Origin: Acidimicrobiales bacterium | GTDB lineage: Bacteria; Actinomycetota; Acidimicrobiia; Acidimicrobiales; SZUA-35 | Reading direction: 5' to 3' | Length of the DNA: 64,000 bases | NCBI GenBank assembly: GCA_965216675.1 | Contig: CBDCGK010000004.1 | Location: 455,692 to 519,691 of the forward strand | Part shown: piece after piece, positions 61,773 through 64,000 of the stretch | Position numbering within the stretch: the first letter of the stretch is position 1 | How the letters are laid out: the number at the start of each line of letters is the position of its first letter | The notes under the pieces: generated by a model | The model's input: the letters and a program-made list of their open reading frames with translations, nothing else | What the model was told of the DNA's origin: nothing | The model's database searches: none | Made by a program: the position numbers and the translations under genes

Positions 61773-62260
61773 CGACCTCGATCTCGTACCTGCTCACCGT
61801 CAACGGTGTCGATTATCCGGTGTCCGGGCCGAGCCACCTCAGCCTGCTCGACGCCGTGCGGAACCAGGTCGGCCTCACCGGAACCAAGGAAGGCTGCGAC
61901 GACTGCGAGTGCGGGGCCTGCATGATGCTGCTCGACGGCCGGCCGGTCAACTCCTGCTCGTACCTGGCGGCCCAGGCCCAGGGCCGGGAGGTCACGACCG
62001 TCGAGGGTCTCTCCGGCGATGACGAGCTCGGCCCGTTGCAGCAGGCGATCCTCGACGCCGGCGGCGTCCAGTGCGGCTTCTGCACCCCTGGCATGCTGAT
62101 CTCCGCCCAGGCTCTCCTCGACCGGTCCGAGCGGCCGTCCACCGAGGACATCCGCATCGGCCTGTCCGGCAACCTGTGCCGCTGTACCGGCTACACCAAC
62201 ATCGTGGCGGCCGTGCAAAGCCTCGTTTCCGCTGGGTACGATTCCAAGCCGAAGGGCTGA
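61769..62260 (+). CDS. [2Fe-2S]-binding small subunit (CoxS/XdhC-type) of the molybdenum hydroxylase
   Basis: GCDDCECGACMMLLDGRPVNSC and QCGFCTPGMLIS...NLCRCTGY are the two [2Fe-2S] cluster motifs. 4-bp overlap with the FAD subunit gene. Confidence 0.9.
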   Translation: MTTSISYLLTVNGVDYPVSGPSHLSLLDAVRNQVGLTGTKEGCDDCECGACMMLLDGRPVNSCSYLAAQAQGREVTTVEGLSGDDELGPLQQAILDAGGVQCGFCTPGMLISAQALLDRSERPSTEDIRIGLSGNLCRCTGYTNIVAAVQSLVSAGYDSKPKG

Positions 62261-62288
62261 TGACCCGAGCCGTGAGGCGAGCACTCCC

Positions 62289-63521
62289 ATGAACTGTCGA
62301 CACTGTCACACCCCGTTGGAGCTGGTCTTCGTCGACCTCGACGAATCCCCACCATCCAACTCCTACCTCGTCGACCTCGACCAGCCCGAGAGTTCCTATC
62401 CGCTTCGGGTGCTCGTCTGCGAGAACTGCTGGCTCGTCCAGACCGAGGACTTCGCCGAAGCCGACGAGTTCTTCGCCTCCACCTACGCCTACTTCAGCTC
62501 CTACTCGACCTCGTGGCTGGCCCACGCCAAGGCCTACGTCGACGACATGGTCGACCGCTTCGAGCTCGACGAGACCAGCCATGTCGTGGAAGTGGCGGCA
62601 AACGACGGCTACCTGCTGCAGTACGTGGCCGAACGAGGCATCGGCTGCCTCGGTGTCGAACCGACACTCAGCACCGCCGAGGCGGCCCGGGGCAAGGGCA
62701 TCGAGATCGTCAACGAGTTCTTCGGCTTGGCGTTGGCGGAGCGTCTGGCCGGCGAAGGCCACCGGGCCGACCTGACCGCGGCCAACAACGTGTTGGCCCA
62801 CGTGCCCGACATCAACGACTTCGCGGCCGGCTTCGCCGCCCTGTTGAAACCCGACGGGGTGTCGACGTTCGAGTTCCAGCACCTCGTTCCCCTGGTCGAG
62901 CACTGCCTGTTCGACACGATCTACCACGAGCACTTCTCGTATCTGTCGCTGAGCACCGTCGAGCAGGTGCTGGCCACCAACGGTCTCACCGTGTTCGACG
63001 TCGTCGAGCTCCCAACCCATGGGGGCAGCCTTCGGGTGTTCGCCCAGCGCTCGGGCTCGGGCGAACGACCCCGCACCGCCGCAGTCGATGAACTGCTGGC
63101 CCGCGAACGCGCCGCCGGGGTCGAGACGCCCGACTTCTACCAGGGCTTTCAACCGCGGGTCGATGCCATCCGCCAGGGGTTGCTCGACTTCCTGGCCAAA
63201 GCCGAGGCCGAGGACCGCTCGGTTGCCGCCTACGGGGCGGCGGCCAAAGGAAACACGCTCCTCAACTATTGCGGGGTCGGGTCCGATCAGATCGAGTTCG
63301 TGGTCGACGCCAACCCCCACAAACAGGGGCAGTTCCTCCCGGGCAGCCACATCCCGATCGTCGACGAGGACCACCTGAGGGCGGCCAAACCCGACTATGT
63401 GCTCGTCCTGCCGTGGAACCTGCTGGATGAGATCTCCCGTCAGCTGCACTACATCAGCGCCTGGGGTGGACGCCTGCTTCGGGCCGTCCCCACCATCACG
63501 ATCGTCGACCCACCCGACTAG
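62289..63521 (+). CDS. C-methyltransferase family protein (Zn-ribbon N-terminus, class I SAM domain, C-terminal C-methyltransferase domain; TylCIII-like)
   Basis: CRHCHTPL...CENCWLVQ (putative Zn-binding), VVEVAANDGYLL (SAM motif I-like), NVLAHVPD, and a C-terminal GAAAKGNTLLNYCG...DANPHKQGQFLPGSHIPI. Confidence 0.75.
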   Translation: MNCRHCHTPLELVFVDLDESPPSNSYLVDLDQPESSYPLRVLVCENCWLVQTEDFAEADEFFASTYAYFSSYSTSWLAHAKAYVDDMVDRFELDETSHVVEVAANDGYLLQYVAERGIGCLGVEPTLSTAEAARGKGIEIVNEFFGLALAERLAGEGHRADLTAANNVLAHVPDINDFAAGFAALLKPDGVSTFEFQHLVPLVEHCLFDTIYHEHFSYLSLSTVEQVLATNGLTVFDVVELPTHGGSLRVFAQRSGSGERPRTAAVDELLARERAAGVETPDFYQGFQPRVDAIRQGLLDFLAKAEAEDRSVAAYGAAAKGNTLLNYCGVGSDQIEFVVDANPHKQGQFLPGSHIPIVDEDHLRAAKPDYVLVLPWNLLDEISRQLHYISAWGGRLLRAVPTITIVDPPD

Positions 63522-63539
63522 GAGCGTCAGGCCGGCACC

Positions 63540-64000
63540 ATGAGCGACAACCCCCAACCGCTGGGCGGCAACGAGATGCCCCGATTCGGCGGCATCACCA
63601 CATTCATGCGCCTGCCCGGCACGTCCGATCCAGCGGATCTCGACGTCGCCGTCCTCGGGGTCCCGTTCGACATCGGCACCTCGAATCGCCCGGGAGCCCG
63701 GTTCGGGCCTCGCGGCATCCGCTCGGAATCGGTGCTGCTACGGCCCTACAACATGGCGACCAGGGCCGCTCCGTTCGACAGCCTGCGGATCGACGACTGC
63801 GGTGACGTGGCCACCAATCCCTACAACCTGGGCGACTCGGTGGCCAGGATCGAGGATCACGTCCGGGGCCTGCTCGATCACGGCCTGCGCACAGCCGTGA
63901 TGGGCGGCGATCACACGATCGTGCTCCCGATCCTGCGGGCCATGGCGGCCGAACACGGTCCGGTCGGGCTGGTTCACGTCGACGCCCACACCGACATCAA
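63540..64000 (+). CDS. 3'-truncated agmatinase / guanidinobutyrase (ureohydrolase, arginase-fold) family protein
   Basis: My own translation from ATG 63540 is open to the window end. It reads MSDNPQPLGGNEMPRFGGITTFMRLP...AVLGVPFDIGTSNRPGARFGPRGIR...GGDHTIVLPILRA...VHVDAHTDI (the GGDH and DAHxD Mn-binding motifs). Confidence 0.8.
   Translation, partial: MSDNPQPLGGNEMPRFGGITTFMRLPGTSDPADLDVAVLGVPFDIGTSNRPGARFGPRGIRSESVLLRPYNMATRAAPFDSLRIDDCGDVATNPYNLGDSVARIEDHVRGLLDHGLRTAVMGGDHTIVLPILRAMAAEHGPVGLVHVDAHTDI

Overview
This is a gene-dense, visibly high-GC chromosomal segment of actinobacterial type. I call about 58 protein-coding genes. I found no rRNA, tRNA, CRISPR array, transposase, integrase or phage genes. 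All functional calls come from reading motifs in the supplied translations, not from database searches.

Content in order:
- 1-4.4 kb: a 5'-truncated acyltransferase-SGNH fusion, an AadA-like nucleotidyltransferase, PaaX, and an ArsR/SRPBCC pair with a clear promoter and operator.
- 4.4-20 kb: an aromatic meta-cleavage locus. It holds two extra MhpD-like hydratase paralogues, a HAD hydrolase and IclR. It also has two tandem extradiol dioxygenases, a histidine phosphatase, a split phenylphosphate-synthase-like dikinase pair and an orphan Rieske oxygenase. It ends with a GNAT and genes for 4-oxalocrotonate decarboxylase, tautomerase, hydratase, acetaldehyde dehydrogenase and aldolase.
- 20-22.6 kb: a lower-GC islet with a lipobox ORF, an atypical SDR and a secreted protein of unknown function.
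- 22.6-25.5 kb: a crotonase, a PhyH-type dioxygenase and a photolyase.
- 25.5-33.4 kb: a minus-strand leucine/isovalerate-type operon (TetR, carboxyltransferase, biotin carboxylase, acyl-CoA dehydrogenase), extended by a DSD1-like PLP enzyme and a gulonolactone-oxidase-like flavoenzyme.
- 33.4-38.4 kb: an LLM oxidoreductase, a WS/DGAT plus alpha/beta hydrolase pair, and a polytopic membrane protein.
- 38.4-48.2 kb: a cst-like sulfide-oxidation cluster. It contains a persulfide dioxygenase-rhodanese fusion, a rhodanese, SulP, a 950-aa STAND regulator, SQR and GntR, plus a divergent rhodanese lipoprotein and an ICMT-like protein.
- 48.2-54 kb: a CoA-transferase, then a five-gene plus-strand unit (ABC ATPase, two ABC-2 permeases, nitroreductase, methyltransferase-Mug glycosylase fusion).
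- 54-64 kb: a frameshifted DUF885 gene, glnS, a GNAT, a three-subunit molybdenum hydroxylase, a C-methyltransferase and a 3'-truncated agmatinase-family gene.

The leads I rate highest are:
- the dikinase / phosphatase / Rieske module inside the aerobic catechol locus;
- the exporter / nitroreductase / MTase-Mug operon;
- the sulfide cluster, which has no recognisable persulfide-sensing repressor;
- a 43-nt palindromic element present twice, with compensatory base changes and with its arm supplying a gene's stop codon.
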